DNA of 60,459 nucleotides, counting the filler. It is 5 parts of 5 records of this genome, joined end to end, with 100 filler letters (N's around TTAATTAATTAA, not from the genome) between each part and the next. Parts side by side here need not be neighbours in the genome. Positions count along the whole stretch, not along the records: positions 14,155 to 45,249 come from SRR2962707_907; 4 more parts are not named here. One strand, written 5' to 3'. Every line of letters starts with the position of its first letter. Position 1 is the first letter of the stretch. Made by a program: the position numbers and the translations under genes. Of this stretch, positions 31,087 through 42,126 are shown piece by piece. The notes below the pieces were generated by a model. That model did no database searches and had not been told where the DNA came from. It was given only the letters and a program-made list of their open reading frames with translations.

Positions 31087-33264
31087 CTATTGAGCCACTT
31101 CCTTATGTCGAATGACCCAACACTGGTGAATTTTAGTGTTGCGGTCAAAATCAAGATCCAGTGTTTGTTTAGTCACATTGTCAATGTCGAACTCTGTTGC
31201 TAACGCCTCATCAAGAATGAAACGACGATAGTTATTAGAGAAGATCAGTTCGCCTTTTTTCGACAATCGGGCCATCGCCAAGCGAATCAAATCGCCATGG
31301 TCTCGCTGAATATCCAACACTTCGGCCATTTTCTTCGAGTTAGAAAACGTCGGTGGATCCATAAAGATAAAGTCGTACTTATCTTTGTTCGTACGCAACC
31401 ATTCAAAACAATCGGCACGCTCTACTTTGTGATCGCGTGGCGAAAATTCATTCAGCTCAATATTACGACGCGCCCACTCGGTGTAGGTATTCGACATATC
31501 AACACTGTAGGTACTTCGCGCCCCCCCTTGACCCGCGTGCACTGACGCTGTCGCGGTATAGCAAAACAAGTTAAGGAAGCGTTTGCCATTGGCTCTGTCT
31601 TGAATCAATTTACGCACTGGACGGTGATCCAAAAACAAACCTGTGTCTAAGTAATCTTTCAGATTGACGATAAACTCACAACCGTACTCTTCAACAATCA
31701 TTTCATGCTGAGACTGGTCAAGCTTTTCGTATTGCGCTTTCCCTGTTTGCTTCTGACGATGCTTCACCACCACATTCGACTCAGCAATATTTAAGGCGCT
31801 AGGAATGGCAGACACAGCATCAAACAAACGCTGCTTTGCTTTCTCAGGGTCAATGCTTTTTGGTGCTTGATACTCTTGAACGTGCGCCCAATCTTTATAG
31901 ATATCGATGGCGACGGCGTATTCAGGCATGTCCGCATCGTAAACTCGGTAACATTCGATGTTATTTTTGTCCGCCCACTTTTTGAACTTTTTCATGTTCT
32001 TTTGCAGACGATTTGCAAACATTTTCGCGCCTGGCGACATCACAGATTGCGCCACCACGTCTTCTTTAATGCTGCCAGCTAAAATCGGGAAGCGATACGC
32101 GCGGCACTCTAAGCCACCGTTGATCACTCGTGTGCTTTTTTCTGGTCGAACAGGGATTTGTCGTGCCAACTGCTCATTGCTGGTTAGCATCATAAACTGC
32201 CAACCACGAACATGATTCACCACCCATTCCCCAAGATCACGGTATAAAGCAATCAAGGTCATTTCATCGCCCAAACGCTCACCATAAGGTGGGTTTGAAA
32301 TCACCAAACCTGGTTTTTCTTTATTAATCTCGAATTCATGCTCTTGGAAAGGCGTCATGGAGACATCAATCAAGTCCGTTAAACCCGCTCGCTTAATGCA
32401 CTCTCGTGCCGCGGCAATGGCTTTTTGCTCACGGTCCGTACCTTGGAAACGAATGCCTAATGTTGCCGGGTCTTTTTTGCGGTTTTTCGCAAAATCCATC
32501 AACTGTTGCCACAAACGGTGATCGTGCTGCTTCCAGCCTTTGAATCCCCAATACTGGCGACGCAACCCTGGCGCAATGTCCAGCGACATCAGGGCCGCTT
32601 CAACCAGAAAAGTACCCGAACCACACATTGGGTCGATTAATTGCGTTAAGCCGCAATCTCTTCCCCAACCGGCACGCATCAACAAACCGGCGGCCAAGTT
32701 TTCTTTCAGAGGCGCCATACCACCGTGCTGACGGTAGCCGCGACGGTGCATACTTTCGCCGGCCAAATCGATACTAATGGTGACGGTATCACGCTTAATA
32801 CGCACGGCGATTCGCACATCTGGCTGTTCTTTTTCAACGCTTGGGCGCTCTCCAGACAAGGCGACAAAATAATCGGCAATCGCATCTTTGGTACGCACCG
32901 CACCAAATTGCGTATTACGAATATGGTCATTGGTGCCATGACAATCAATGGCAATGGTATTGGTTGCCGTCAGGTGCGCCGACCAATCTACCGCTTTTAC
33001 GCCATCGTAAAGGTCATCCGCAGATTCTATTTTGAAGCTTGCAACGGGGAACATCACGCGCGTTGCCACTCGTGACCAAAGACACGCTTTGTACATGCCT
33101 TCTAGATTTGTCGAGAGCTTCACTTGGCCTTCGCCTAAACGAGTTTGCAGCAATCCTTCAGCATGCAACTCTTGCTCTAAGACATTCTCCAATCCGAGTG
33201 GACAGGTAATTTCTAACGCATAAACCTGTTCTACTGAGTCTGTCGTCTGTGTATCTGTTGTCAT
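31087..33264 (-). CDS. rlmKL: Bifunctional 23S rRNA methyltransferase RlmKL
   Basis: THUMP domain, HRRGYR, DPMCGSGT, NPPYGER, YDADMPEY, DTGLFLDHR, DPPTFSNSK. Confidence 0.96.
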   Translation of the reverse strand: MTTDTQTTDSVEQVYALEITCPLGLENVLEQELHAEGLLQTRLGEGQVKLSTNLEGMYKACLWSRVATRVMFPVASFKIESADDLYDGVKAVDWSAHLTATNTIAIDCHGTNDHIRNTQFGAVRTKDAIADYFVALSGERPSVEKEQPDVRIAVRIKRDTVTISIDLAGESMHRRGYRQHGGMAPLKENLAAGLLMRAGWGRDCGLTQLIDPMCGSGTFLVEAALMSLDIAPGLRRQYWGFKGWKQHDHRLWQQLMDFAKNRKKDPATLGIRFQGTDREQKAIAAARECIKRAGLTDLIDVSMTPFQEHEFEINKEKPGLVISNPPYGERLGDEMTLIALYRDLGEWVVNHVRGWQFMMLTSNEQLARQIPVRPEKSTRVINGGLECRAYRFPILAGSIKEDVVAQSVMSPGAKMFANRLQKNMKKFKKWADKNNIECYRVYDADMPEYAVAIDIYKDWAHVQEYQAPKSIDPEKAKQRLFDAVSAIPSALNIAESNVVVKHRQKQTGKAQYEKLDQSQHEMIVEEYGCEFIVNLKDYLDTGLFLDHRPVRKLIQDRANGKRFLNLFCYTATASVHAGQGGARSTYSVDMSNTYTEWARRNIELNEFSPRDHKVERADCFEWLRTNKDKYDFIFMDPPTFSNSKKMAEVLDIQRDHGDLIRLAMARLSKKGELIFSNNYRRFILDEALATEFDIDNVTKQTLDLDFDRNTKIHQCWVIRHKEVAQ

Positions 33265-33384
33265 TTTTAATTACTTTTTTAAATTTTCTGTGAATGTATT
33301 AGAGCAAAGTGTTTTTAGACAATCTCTCGCATCTAAACTAGCTTTTAAAGCTCGATCTGAAAAAAGAATAAGAGGAAGACACCT

Positions 33385-33594
33385 ATGAAGAAACAAAAAA
33401 GAGATCTTCACCATCGCGCTTACCTTCGTGGCTATCGTGCTGGAATGGCGGGCCGTTCAAAAGGCCTTTCCATTCAATATCAAGAAAGCGCTCGCCCCGA
33501 TTGGCTTGCTGGGTGGCGAGAAGGTCGCGAGGACATGTGGAATGGGCTCTCTCCTGTAGAAGGTACCCATAAAACATTTAGCCTAGTGCATTAA
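33385..33594 (+). CDS. rmf: Ribosome modulation factor
   Basis: MKKQKRD...RAYLRGYRAG..GRSK..WLAGWREG; canonical position near rlmKL and pyrD. Confidence 0.93.
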   Translation: MKKQKRDLHHRAYLRGYRAGMAGRSKGLSIQYQESARPDWLAGWREGREDMWNGLSPVEGTHKTFSLVH

Positions 33595-33654
33595 TGTCTT
33601 GTTTCTTTTAATCTCGATCTTTATCTCTATTCGCGTTTAGCGAATTGTACAAAT

Positions 33655-33685
33655 AAGTGAGGCGGGACTGCTACCCGCCTCACTT
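33655..33685. terminator. Terminator hairpin between rmf and pyrD
   Basis: AAGTGAGGCGGG-actgcta-CCCGCCTCACTT. Confidence 0.8.
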
Positions 33686-33723
33686 CATATTGCCCTTTAG
33701 CAAGGCAAGGTCGTTCTTTTTCG

Positions 33724-34764
33724 TTAACCTTCTAAATCCAATTCTCGATAGAAGCCATCCGTACAAGCAATCGCTTCTTTCACCAACTCAGGGCCTTGAT
33801 AAATAAACCCAGAATAAAGCTGTACCAGCTGCGCGCCGGCTTGCAGTTTCTCAACCGCATCTTCGCCACTTGAAATACCGCCTACCCCAATAATAGGTAA
33901 CTCACCTTTCAAATGCTCTGCCAGCACTCGCACCACATGGGTCGACGCATCTCGTACTGGCGCACCACTCAAACCGCCCGCTTCAGAAGCGTATTTATGC
34001 CCAGCAACCGCGTCGCGTGACAAGGTGGTGTTTGTGGCAATAATACCATCAACCCCTTGGGCAAGCAGCGTATCAGAAACCAATTTGATTTCATCGTCTG
34101 TCATGTCTGGGGCAATTTTTACCGCCAATGGCACGCGTTTGCCATGCTCTGACTCGTAGCGATTTCGCGCTTCGGTCAAGGGGGCGATTAACTGAGCCAG
34201 GCTTTCACCAAACTGTAAGCTACGCAAGCCCGGGGTATTCGGTGAACTGATGTTCGCAGTAATGTAATCCGCATAAGGGATCACTTCTTGTAAGCAAGTA
34301 AGATAATCTGCGGCGGCATCCTCTACTGAGGTCGACAAATTCTTGCCAATGTTAACCCCCAATACACCTGGATAGCGGTGGGATTTTATACGAGAAACCA
34401 CATGCGCTACACCTTTATTGTTGAAGCCCATACGATTAATAATCGCATTGTGTTCCGGCAAACGAAAAAGGCGTGGTTTAGGATTACCGCTCTGCCCTTT
34501 TGGTGTAACCGTACCCACTTCCACAAAACCAAACCCAAGTGCGCCTAGCGCTTCAAACGCATCCGCGTTTTTATCCAAACCCGCCGCTAGCCCGACAGCG
34601 TTAGGGAAACGTAGCCCCATCACATCAACCGGTTTAGTAGCAGGCAAACCTTCAAAGAACTTAGTCAATCCCAGTCGACTACTCGCCGCTAAAAGGTCTA
34701 ATGACAATTCATGGGAGACCTCAGGATCCAGTTTAAAAAGTAATGAGCGAGCAAGGTTATACAT
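33724..34764 (-). CDS. pyrD: Quinone-dependent dihydroorotate dehydrogenase
   Basis: [47 protein letters not shown]. Confidence 0.97.
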   Translation of the reverse strand: MYNLARSLLFKLDPEVSHELSLDLLAASSRLGLTKFFEGLPATKPVDVMGLRFPNAVGLAAGLDKNADAFEALGALGFGFVEVGTVTPKGQSGNPKPRLFRLPEHNAIINRMGFNNKGVAHVVSRIKSHRYPGVLGVNIGKNLSTSVEDAAADYLTCLQEVIPYADYITANISSPNTPGLRSLQFGESLAQLIAPLTEARNRYESEHGKRVPLAVKIAPDMTDDEIKLVSDTLLAQGVDGIIATNTTLSRDAVAGHKYASEAGGLSGAPVRDASTHVVRVLAEHLKGELPIIGVGGISSGEDAVEKLQAGAQLVQLYSGFIYQGPELVKEAIACTDGFYRELDLEG

Positions 34765-34804
34765 AGACAGGGCTCCTAACCGTGTGAGTATGAGGCTAAG
34801 TGGA

Positions 34805-35026
34805 TTAACGTATTTGTGTCACACCAACTAATTTGTGTCTGTCATCGAATTCTACTTCAAAAATCCCATTCACGCCGCGATAAGAAACAAAGCTCTGAAA
34901 GGCTGACAAAGGCAACTGTACTTTTCGCCCATCAAGGCTACTAGCCACGACATTTTTTGCAATGCCTGAATACGCTGCTTCGTATTGAGAAGCACTCAAT
35001 ATCACTTCCACTACGATTTTTGCCAC
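34805..35026 (-). CDS. DUF2835 family protein
   Basis: Y.G.A..V.A.S.DGR.VQLP...F..FV...GV.G.F..EFD; typical position upstream of pyrD. Confidence 0.8.
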   Translation of the reverse strand: MAKIVVEVILSASQYEAAYSGIAKNVVASSLDGRKVQLPLSAFQSFVSYRGVNGIFEVEFDDRHKLVGVTQIR

Positions 35027-35114
35027 TTTCCTTTCCTATGCTTACGCATCTCTTACAACTAACGCCTTGTATGTAAAGTTTTGAATCCGATAAGATGGAA
35101 CCTATTATATTGTG

Positions 35115-35142
35115 TTGACACCTTTTTTGACAGAAGTATAAG
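35115..35142 (+). promoter_or_regulatory. Candidate sigma70 promoter for the moxR operon
   Basis: TTGACA (35115-20), 16-nt spacer, TATAAG (35137-42). Confidence 0.5.
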
Positions 35143-35155
35143 GAACTTAGGTTCG

Positions 35156-36124
35156 ATGGAATCAGTAATTGAGAAGTTAAAAGACCATCTAAATCATGCC
35201 GTTATTGGCCAACCTGATTTAACTAATGAATTACTAGTGGCGCTGATCGCCAATGGCCATGTTCTGTTAGAGGGGCCGCCAGGCATTGCTAAAACAACCG
35301 CCGCAAAAGCATTGGCCAGCGCAATAGACAGCCGCTTTCAACGCATTCAGTTTACCCCTGACTTGTTACCGGGCGATGTCACAGGGTCTGATATTTACCA
35401 ACAAGAAACAGGGCAATTTTCGTTTGTTCCAGGCCCCATCATGAACGACATAGTGCTCGCAGATGAAATCAACCGAGCACCTGCAAAAGTTCAGTCGGCA
35501 CTGCTAGAGGCCATGGGAGAAAGACAAGTGACTGTGGGTAATAATAGCTACCCACTGTCGGCGTTGTTTTTTGTCATTGCCACACAAAACCCCATTGAGC
35601 AAGAAGGGACCTACCCCTTGCCCGAAGCGCAACTTGATCGTTTTATGATGAAGATCAACCTGGGTTACCCCAGCGCCGAAAGCGAGCTCGAAGTGTTGCG
35701 CATGGTCAGACAACAAGACCTGCATAAAACATTTTCCAGCAGCGCCCAAACCATTTGCACCCCTGCCGACATTTTGGCGTTACAACAAAAAGCCCTGTCT
35801 TTGTACATGTCAGAATCTGTCGAGCATTATATTGTTCAACTGGTAATGGCAACACGTCATCCTGAGCATTATTTAGGTGATACGGCAAATGGCAACAGCT
35901 TAATCGACTTTGGCGCAAGCCCTCGTGGCACACTCGCACTAGACCGCTGCGCGCGTGCGAACGCCCTACTGCAAGGCCGAGATTTCGTCACGCCAGACGA
36001 CGTTAGACAAGTGGCATTACCCGTGTTGCGCCACCGCATCATTACTTCTTTTGAAGCACAAGCCGCGGGGCTTTCAGAAGACGAATTACTCAATAGGCTC
36101 ATCAGTCACGTACCAGCGCTATAG
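35156..36124 (+). CDS. moxR: MoxR-family AAA+ ATPase
   Basis: GPPGIAKT, RIQFTPDLLPGD, LADEINRAPAKVQSALLEAM, ATQNPIEQEGTYPLPEAQLDRF. Confidence 0.95.
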   Translation: MESVIEKLKDHLNHAVIGQPDLTNELLVALIANGHVLLEGPPGIAKTTAAKALASAIDSRFQRIQFTPDLLPGDVTGSDIYQQETGQFSFVPGPIMNDIVLADEINRAPAKVQSALLEAMGERQVTVGNNSYPLSALFFVIATQNPIEQEGTYPLPEAQLDRFMMKINLGYPSAESELEVLRMVRQQDLHKTFSSSAQTICTPADILALQQKALSLYMSESVEHYIVQLVMATRHPEHYLGDTANGNSLIDFGASPRGTLALDRCARANALLQGRDFVTPDDVRQVALPVLRHRIITSFEAQAAGLSEDELLNRLISHVPAL

Positions 36125-36129
36125 CCCCT

Positions 36130-37041
36130 ATGAACCCATTATTATCGCCAACGTCGCCAGAACTGAACGACTCTGATTTTGCTTTGCTCGCCCATTACGC
36201 AAAGCATTTAGGGCGCGCCTCGTCAGCGGCTCGATTCACCCTTAAGTCCGGTGAAAAGCGCTCGAAAAAGAAAGGTCATGGCATGGAAATGCTGGAATTA
36301 CGTCCTTATCAAACGAGCGATGATTTAAGACACATAGACTGGCGAGTGACTGCTCGAACCGGCCATACGCACACACGCCTCTACGCCCAAGAAAATGATC
36401 ACCAACGAATATTATTACTCGATTTATCCCCAGACGCTTACTTCAGCACCCGTTACGCATTTATCTCCACACGCTTTATCCAGCTGGCAGGATTGATTGC
36501 ATGGCGCTCAGAGCAACAAGGTGACAAATTGCTTTATAACTTAAGCTTTGGTGGGCAAAGTCTGGAGCATCTCAATAAAAGTTCTGTTTGGGGAATGATC
36601 AGCCAATTAAAAAACGCCTCAAAAACAAGCAACAGAAACCATCAAGCCACCTCAGATCTGGGTTGGTATGGCTCCAAAGTGACCAGCAAAGCTCGTAATA
36701 AAGACATTATTATTTTGAGCGACAAACAGCACTGGGATGCCAAGCAACAAACCGCGTTACAACAGCTGGCTAAGCACAACCAAATCCATTGGGTGCAAAT
36801 ATTTGATCATCACTCTTTCGAACTGCCGCCTGGGCAGTATCAATTTGCTGACGCGATGGGCACAACGTCGGTGAAAATCAGCAAAAAGAGCTCGGAACAA
36901 GCCAAAAAAGACTTTTTCGAACAAAATGCGACCATGCGTCAACGTTTGGCCAAAATTGGCATTCGCCACCAACTTTTCGATATCAGCGAACCCCCTGAAG
37001 GCATTGCTCGATACCTATTAAACCAAGGGGCGTTACGATAA
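36130..37041 (+). CDS. DUF58 family protein
   Basis: G.GMEMLELRPYQ.SDDLRHIDWRVTAR. Confidence 0.9.
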   Translation: MNPLLSPTSPELNDSDFALLAHYAKHLGRASSAARFTLKSGEKRSKKKGHGMEMLELRPYQTSDDLRHIDWRVTARTGHTHTRLYAQENDHQRILLLDLSPDAYFSTRYAFISTRFIQLAGLIAWRSEQQGDKLLYNLSFGGQSLEHLNKSSVWGMISQLKNASKTSNRNHQATSDLGWYGSKVTSKARNKDIIILSDKQHWDAKQQTALQQLAKHNQIHWVQIFDHHSFELPPGQYQFADAMGTTSVKISKKSSEQAKKDFFEQNATMRQRLAKIGIRHQLFDISEPPEGIARYLLNQGALR

Positions 37042-37517
37042 TGGCAGCAAATCCGACTTTCTCTGCCTTACCTCATAAGGCGTATTTATTACCGGATGCC
37101 GTGCCAATGTGGCCTCCAGTTTGGTGGACATGGCTGGCTGTGGCAGCCGTTATTCTGATACTGTTTGGCGCGATATTAGTGCTGATCATAAGACACAAAA
37201 AACGCGCCTACCGACGCGAAGCACTGGCCGCACTAAAACACGCCGACGACAAGGTATTAGACAAAGAACTGGTTGTCCTATGCCATGAACTCATCCGTCG
37301 CTGCCTCGTCAGTGAAAACAAGTCCACATTGGCCGCGCTGCCCGCGCCTCAGCTGTTCAATACACTTGACCAAAAAAACGCCGCCAAACACTGCTTTAGT
37401 TCACTCCCAGAAGACTTTATTAGCGGCCCATACCGTGGCGATATCACACTGTCTGCGGCGCAACGAGAACACATACTTAGCACCACTCGTTACTGGATAA
37501 GGAAGCACCATGCTTGA
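37041..37517 (+). CDS. DUF4381 family membrane protein
   Basis: LP..V.MWPP..W, TM helix, YRREAL; operon position. Confidence 0.8.
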   Translation: MAANPTFSALPHKAYLLPDAVPMWPPVWWTWLAVAAVILILFGAILVLIIRHKKRAYRREALAALKHADDKVLDKELVVLCHELIRRCLVSENKSTLAALPAPQLFNTLDQKNAAKHCFSSLPEDFISGPYRGDITLSAAQREHILSTTRYWIRKHHA

Positions 37518-38508
37518 ACTTACCTGGCCTTGGTTTCTCTGTCTTTTGCCTCTTCCTATTCTTTTTTACTTGCTCCCTAAAGTCGCCCCAAAAGGCCATG
37601 CTTTATGGTTCCCAAATGCTCGCTATCTGGCAAACAGACAAGAAAATCTGCCGTCTAAAAAATCCATTCGTTTGCCCATGGTGCTGCTCTGCCTAGCATG
37701 GGTCTGTTTAGTCTTTGCGATTGCACGCCCCACTTGGCTCGGCGCGCCCACCCAGGTAACCCCTTCGGGCCGCGACCTGCTCATTGCCCTAGACTTATCA
37801 GGCAGTATGCAGATCAAAGACATGACCTTAAACGGGCACCCTACGGATCGCTTGACGGCGGCCAAATCGGTCTTATCTGACTTTATTAAGAATCGCCGTG
37901 GCGACCGTATCGGGCTTATTGTGTTTGGCTCTAAAGCTTACTTACAAGCCCCTTTAAGCTTCGACACCAAAACCATTAATCAGCTAGTGCAAGAAGAGCA
38001 AATAGGTTTTGCCGGCGAGCAAACCGCCATTGGTGACGCCATTGGCTTGGGCATTAAGCGCCTCGAGAACAAACCTTCCGATAAAAAAGTATTGATCCTA
38101 ATGACGGATGGCGCCAACACCGCTGGCCGAGTCAAACCCGATCAAGCAGCGAGCTTTGCGGCCTCTCAACATTTGCGCATTCATACCATAGGCATAGGGG
38201 CAGACAGCATGCAAGTTCAAGGCTTCTTCGGACCTCAAACCATTAACCCATCCAATGATCTTGATGAAAAAATGCTGAAAAACATCGCCCAAAAAACCGG
38301 TGGCGAATACTTCAGAGCAAAAAGCACAGACGACTTACGCCGCATTTATAAAACCTTAGACGCACTTGAGCCAACCCCCGCTCAAGCCATTTGGCAACGC
38401 CCTATCACCAGTTATTTTCACTGGCTTGGCTTAGCCGCGATGATTTTTCTAGGCCTCGCCTTGCTTGCCAGTGGTAAGTTCACCTTACGAATCGGGAGAA
38501 AAGCATGA
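37510..38508 (+). CDS. BatA-like vWA domain protein
   Basis: MIDAS DLSGS, TAIGDA, MTDG; N- and C-terminal TM segments. Confidence 0.9.
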   Translation: MLELTWPWFLCLLPLPILFYLLPKVAPKGHALWFPNARYLANRQENLPSKKSIRLPMVLLCLAWVCLVFAIARPTWLGAPTQVTPSGRDLLIALDLSGSMQIKDMTLNGHPTDRLTAAKSVLSDFIKNRRGDRIGLIVFGSKAYLQAPLSFDTKTINQLVQEEQIGFAGEQTAIGDAIGLGIKRLENKPSDKKVLILMTDGANTAGRVKPDQAASFAASQHLRIHTIGIGADSMQVQGFFGPQTINPSNDLDEKMLKNIAQKTGGEYFRAKSTDDLRRIYKTLDALEPTPAQAIWQRPITSYFHWLGLAAMIFLGLALLASGKFTLRIGRKA

Positions 38509-40259
38509 CCCTTTTCGACGTTATCCACTTTGAGCGCCCTTATTGGCTGCTGTTTATTCCCGTTACCTGGCTCGTGTTTGCTGTGATCCAATACCAACAC
38601 ACATCCAGCCACGGACTGAACAAAGCCATTGACCCCAATTTACTCGTGCACCTTGAGCACAAAGGCACGCAAGGAGTGGCCAACAAATGGCTTGGGCTGC
38701 TGTGCTTTAGCGTGTGTTGGATCGGCCTTGCTGGCATCAGCTGGACACAATCACCGTCCACCATGTTTGAATCAACCAGCAAAACCATATTGGTTGTCGA
38801 CCAATCCATGTCAATGTACGCAACTGACATAAAGCCAGACAGAGAAACTCAACTAAAACAAACTGTTAGAGATATCCTGGCACAAAGCAAAGATGGTGAC
38901 ATTGCCCTAGTGGCCTTTGCTGGCGACGCTTACATTATCAGTCCATTTAGCCAAGACAAAGACACCATCACCCATTTTTTATTGGCTCTTAACCCTCTGG
39001 TTATGCCCGTCTATGGCAGCAATCTTACCAGCGGCATACAAACCGCCTTGTCTCTTATTAACGACAAAAAAGCCCCCGTCCACCTTATCGTACTCACTGA
39101 CAGCTTGGATTCATCAGACCAAGATGCAATCCCCAAACTGCTTGAAGATTACCAAGCCCGTGTGGATCTCATTGCGGTGGGCACAAAACAAGGCGGAGAG
39201 ATTCAACTTCCCGACGGCCGGGTTTTAAAAGCAAACGGCAAACACGTCATTCCTGCCACCCCTATTGAAGACTTAAAAGCACTCAGCCAAACCATTCACG
39301 GTCATTTCTACCAAGGTCGATTATCGCCCGCAGAGCTAGACAAAATCACCGGCCAAGCTGAGGCAAATGACAACACCGAACAAGCCGACAACAAAAGCAT
39401 TCACTGGATCGACCAAGGGCAATGGCTCGCTCTCCCTTTCCTATTATGGTTGGCCTTCCAATTTCGTCGCGGCATGTTATTTGCGCTTGTGTTAGGGGTG
39501 TTTTTTCTGCCTGCCAACAAGGCGACCGCCTCCCCTCTCGATTGGTTTAAAACGCCCGATCAACAAGGCCAGCAAGCGGTCGATAACGGTGACTGGAAAA
39601 CCGCCGCCAAGCACTTTCAACGCCCTGACTGGAAAGCCGCTTCGGCATACGCCTTAGGCGATTACCAACAAGCCGCCGAGACGCTTGCAACACACAGCCA
39701 CAGCGCAGCCGATCATTACAATCTAGGCAACGCCTTAGCGCTGGCGGGTAAAACAGAAAAAGCCATCGACGCTTATAAAAGAGCCTTAGAGCTAGACCCT
39801 TCGTTCAAGCAAGCAAAAGACAATCTTGATTACTTAGAGAAACAGCAGCAACAACAACGAAAAAAACAGCAAGATAAGAAAAATCAGCAACAAAAAGACA
39901 AACAAAAGAATCAACAGCAAAAAAATCAGCACCAAAATCAATCCGATAAAGATAAAGCTCAGCCATCGGACCAAGAAAATCCGCAATCAACACCAAAAAA
40001 AGACAATAAACCCTCTGAAAAACAAGACAAAAAGCCATCGTCCGAGGATAATAAAGAGCACGAAAACAAGGCTGAAAATGAGCAGAAAAAATCGCCTGAA
40101 GCCAAATTAGACAACGAGCAGAAACAGGCTCTTAACCAATGGCTCAGACAAATTCAAGACGATCCAGGCACGCTATTGCAACGCAAACTCTGGTATCTAC
40201 ATCAAGAAAAACGTCACGAAAATCGATTTAGCCAAGAGGATGGGCAAAACCCATGGTAA
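38505..40259 (+). CDS. BatB/BatC-like vWA plus TPR protein with Q/K-rich linker
   Basis: DQSMSM, YNLGNALALAG TPR, poly-Q/K region, QWLRQIQDDPG. Confidence 0.9.
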   Translation: MTLFDVIHFERPYWLLFIPVTWLVFAVIQYQHTSSHGLNKAIDPNLLVHLEHKGTQGVANKWLGLLCFSVCWIGLAGISWTQSPSTMFESTSKTILVVDQSMSMYATDIKPDRETQLKQTVRDILAQSKDGDIALVAFAGDAYIISPFSQDKDTITHFLLALNPLVMPVYGSNLTSGIQTALSLINDKKAPVHLIVLTDSLDSSDQDAIPKLLEDYQARVDLIAVGTKQGGEIQLPDGRVLKANGKHVIPATPIEDLKALSQTIHGHFYQGRLSPAELDKITGQAEANDNTEQADNKSIHWIDQGQWLALPFLLWLAFQFRRGMLFALVLGVFFLPANKATASPLDWFKTPDQQGQQAVDNGDWKTAAKHFQRPDWKAASAYALGDYQQAAETLATHSHSAADHYNLGNALALAGKTEKAIDAYKRALELDPSFKQAKDNLDYLEKQQQQQRKKQQDKKNQQQKDKQKNQQQKNQHQNQSDKDKAQPSDQENPQSTPKKDNKPSEKQDKKPSSEDNKEHENKAENEQKKSPEAKLDNEQKQALNQWLRQIQDDPGTLLQRKLWYLHQEKRHENRFSQEDGQNPW

Positions 40260-42103
40260 CAATGCGTCTATTTCATTCCGACTTTGCCTTAGGCAGAGTC
40301 ATACGCCACACATTAGTCGCAATGATAACCCTACTCTTCGCATCTCTTCCTTTTTATGCCCATGCAGAGAGCGTCGTTGCCTCATTAGACAAGAATAACG
40401 TCGCTGAAAACCAAGTGGTCCAACTCACCCTAAGAGCCGACTTCACCAACACGGGAAAAGGGCCAGACCTTAGCGCACTGAAAAAGAACTTCGATGTCTT
40501 AGGACAAAGCCAAAACAGTCAATTTAGTTTCAATGTGGGCTCAAACACCGCACTGACCTATTGGGTGATATCCTTAATGCCGAAATCTGTCGGCACATTC
40601 GAAATCCCTGCCATCAAAATTGGCGATCAAGCATCACAACCGCTCAAACTCATCGTACACAATGCGCCTCAACTATTAGATAACAAAGGCAACCCACCGG
40701 TGATGGTCAAAACGCACATCTCCCAAAACAGCCCTTATCTTCAACAGCAAGTCATTTTGAGCGAACAACTGTACACGTCCGTTTCTTTGCAAAATGCCAA
40801 TTTGAGCAGCCCTTCTAACCCAGATTTAGTCATCGAGCGCCTCAGCGATGACCAAATGGCTTATCAAACCATTAACGGCACTCGATACCAAGTACTCACA
40901 CGCCAATACCTGGTATTCCCTCAAAAAAGCGGGCAGATCAGCATCGCCCCTCAAAGTGTTCGCGCCATGATCAACACAGCGTCTGGCAATCGCATTATTA
41001 AAGTACAGAGCGACCCTATCGATTTACAGGTGCTGCCCATCCCACCAAGCTACCCTAGTGATAACTGGCTACCCAGCAGCTCGGTAACCATCACAACAAA
41101 ACTCAGCAAAACCAGCGCTACGCCGAAAGTGGGTGACACCTTAATTTGGGACATAGAGGTCACCGCAAAAAACGCCTTACCTGAACAAATCCCTCAAATG
41201 ACGTTTGAGAGCACCGCCGGCTACAAGCTCTACCCTCAACCAATTAAATTCACTAGCCAAAAAAATAGCGACGGTATTACTGGCCATCAGTCCATTAAAA
41301 TTGAAGTGGTTCCTACGCAATCTGGCCCATTAACCATGCCGACCGCCACGCTCACCTACTGGGACACAAACAAAGAAGAAACCGCAACCGTCAGCGCCAC
41401 CACCAACCCTATTACCATTGCCGCGCTACCTGCAACGAGCACTCCGAAGACGGCAACACCGCCCCCTGAGAGCAACGAAGAAGCGGGCAAACCCATCGCC
41501 CATAAAACCACGCAAAGCAGCAAAAAAGTTATCGATAACGCTTCTAACGCTCCGATTTCTTTAGCGAAGAAAAGCGAAAAAGACGCCTCGCCAGCCGCCG
41601 CCCCAATAAGCAATAATGACTCGACACCATGGTCATGGCGCCAATACACGATTTTCACTTTGGCAAGCCTGCTTACGATTATGGTCATTGCCTGGTTGGT
41701 GCTTTTTATCAGAAGAAGAAAATCTTCGGCCAACAGTGAAGACAGCGTTCCTACCCTGCAAGAGTTCGCGCCGTTAATGTCAAACGATGAAAGCAGCGCT
41801 TTTCGCACCTTGATCCAGTGCTGCCGACAAGACAACCTTGCCGAATTAAGATCGCATTTATTAGAATGGTCTAGACACAGATGGGGCGACGAAAAAATTA
41901 AAAGCGTCGACGATATTAAACGCCTAGCCTCTTCTGTTAAGCTGACACAGTTATTGATGGAAGCGGAACTTATGATGTATTCCAACCAACCAAGCAATCA
42001 ATGGCAGGGAACACCGTTGGCAGAAGCGCTTGAGGAATACAAAAGTGGTCAACCTAAAAAATCACAAGCAAGCCAGTTAAAAACGCTCTATCCAAATTTT
42101 TAA
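40253..42103 (+). CDS. BatD family protein
   Basis: Signal peptide, Ig-like BatD repeats, TM helix, C-terminal L..LYP. Confidence 0.85.
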   Translation: MVTMRLFHSDFALGRVIRHTLVAMITLLFASLPFYAHAESVVASLDKNNVAENQVVQLTLRADFTNTGKGPDLSALKKNFDVLGQSQNSQFSFNVGSNTALTYWVISLMPKSVGTFEIPAIKIGDQASQPLKLIVHNAPQLLDNKGNPPVMVKTHISQNSPYLQQQVILSEQLYTSVSLQNANLSSPSNPDLVIERLSDDQMAYQTINGTRYQVLTRQYLVFPQKSGQISIAPQSVRAMINTASGNRIIKVQSDPIDLQVLPIPPSYPSDNWLPSSSVTITTKLSKTSATPKVGDTLIWDIEVTAKNALPEQIPQMTFESTAGYKLYPQPIKFTSQKNSDGITGHQSIKIEVVPTQSGPLTMPTATLTYWDTNKEETATVSATTNPITIAALPATSTPKTATPPPESNEEAGKPIAHKTTQSSKKVIDNASNAPISLAKKSEKDASPAAAPISNNDSTPWSWRQYTIFTLASLLTIMVIAWLVLFIRRRKSSANSEDSVPTLQEFAPLMSNDESSAFRTLIQCCRQDNLAELRSHLLEWSRHRWGDEKIKSVDDIKRLASSVKLTQLLMEAELMMYSNQPSNQWQGTPLAEALEEYKSGQPKKSQASQLKTLYPNF

Positions 42104-42126
42104 ACGGGCTTGCGCAGACCCATTTT

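Noticed and set aside
39840-40130. Low-complexity CAA/AAA-rich stretch
   Set aside because: It encodes the usual Q/K-rich linker of BatB/C-like TPR proteins
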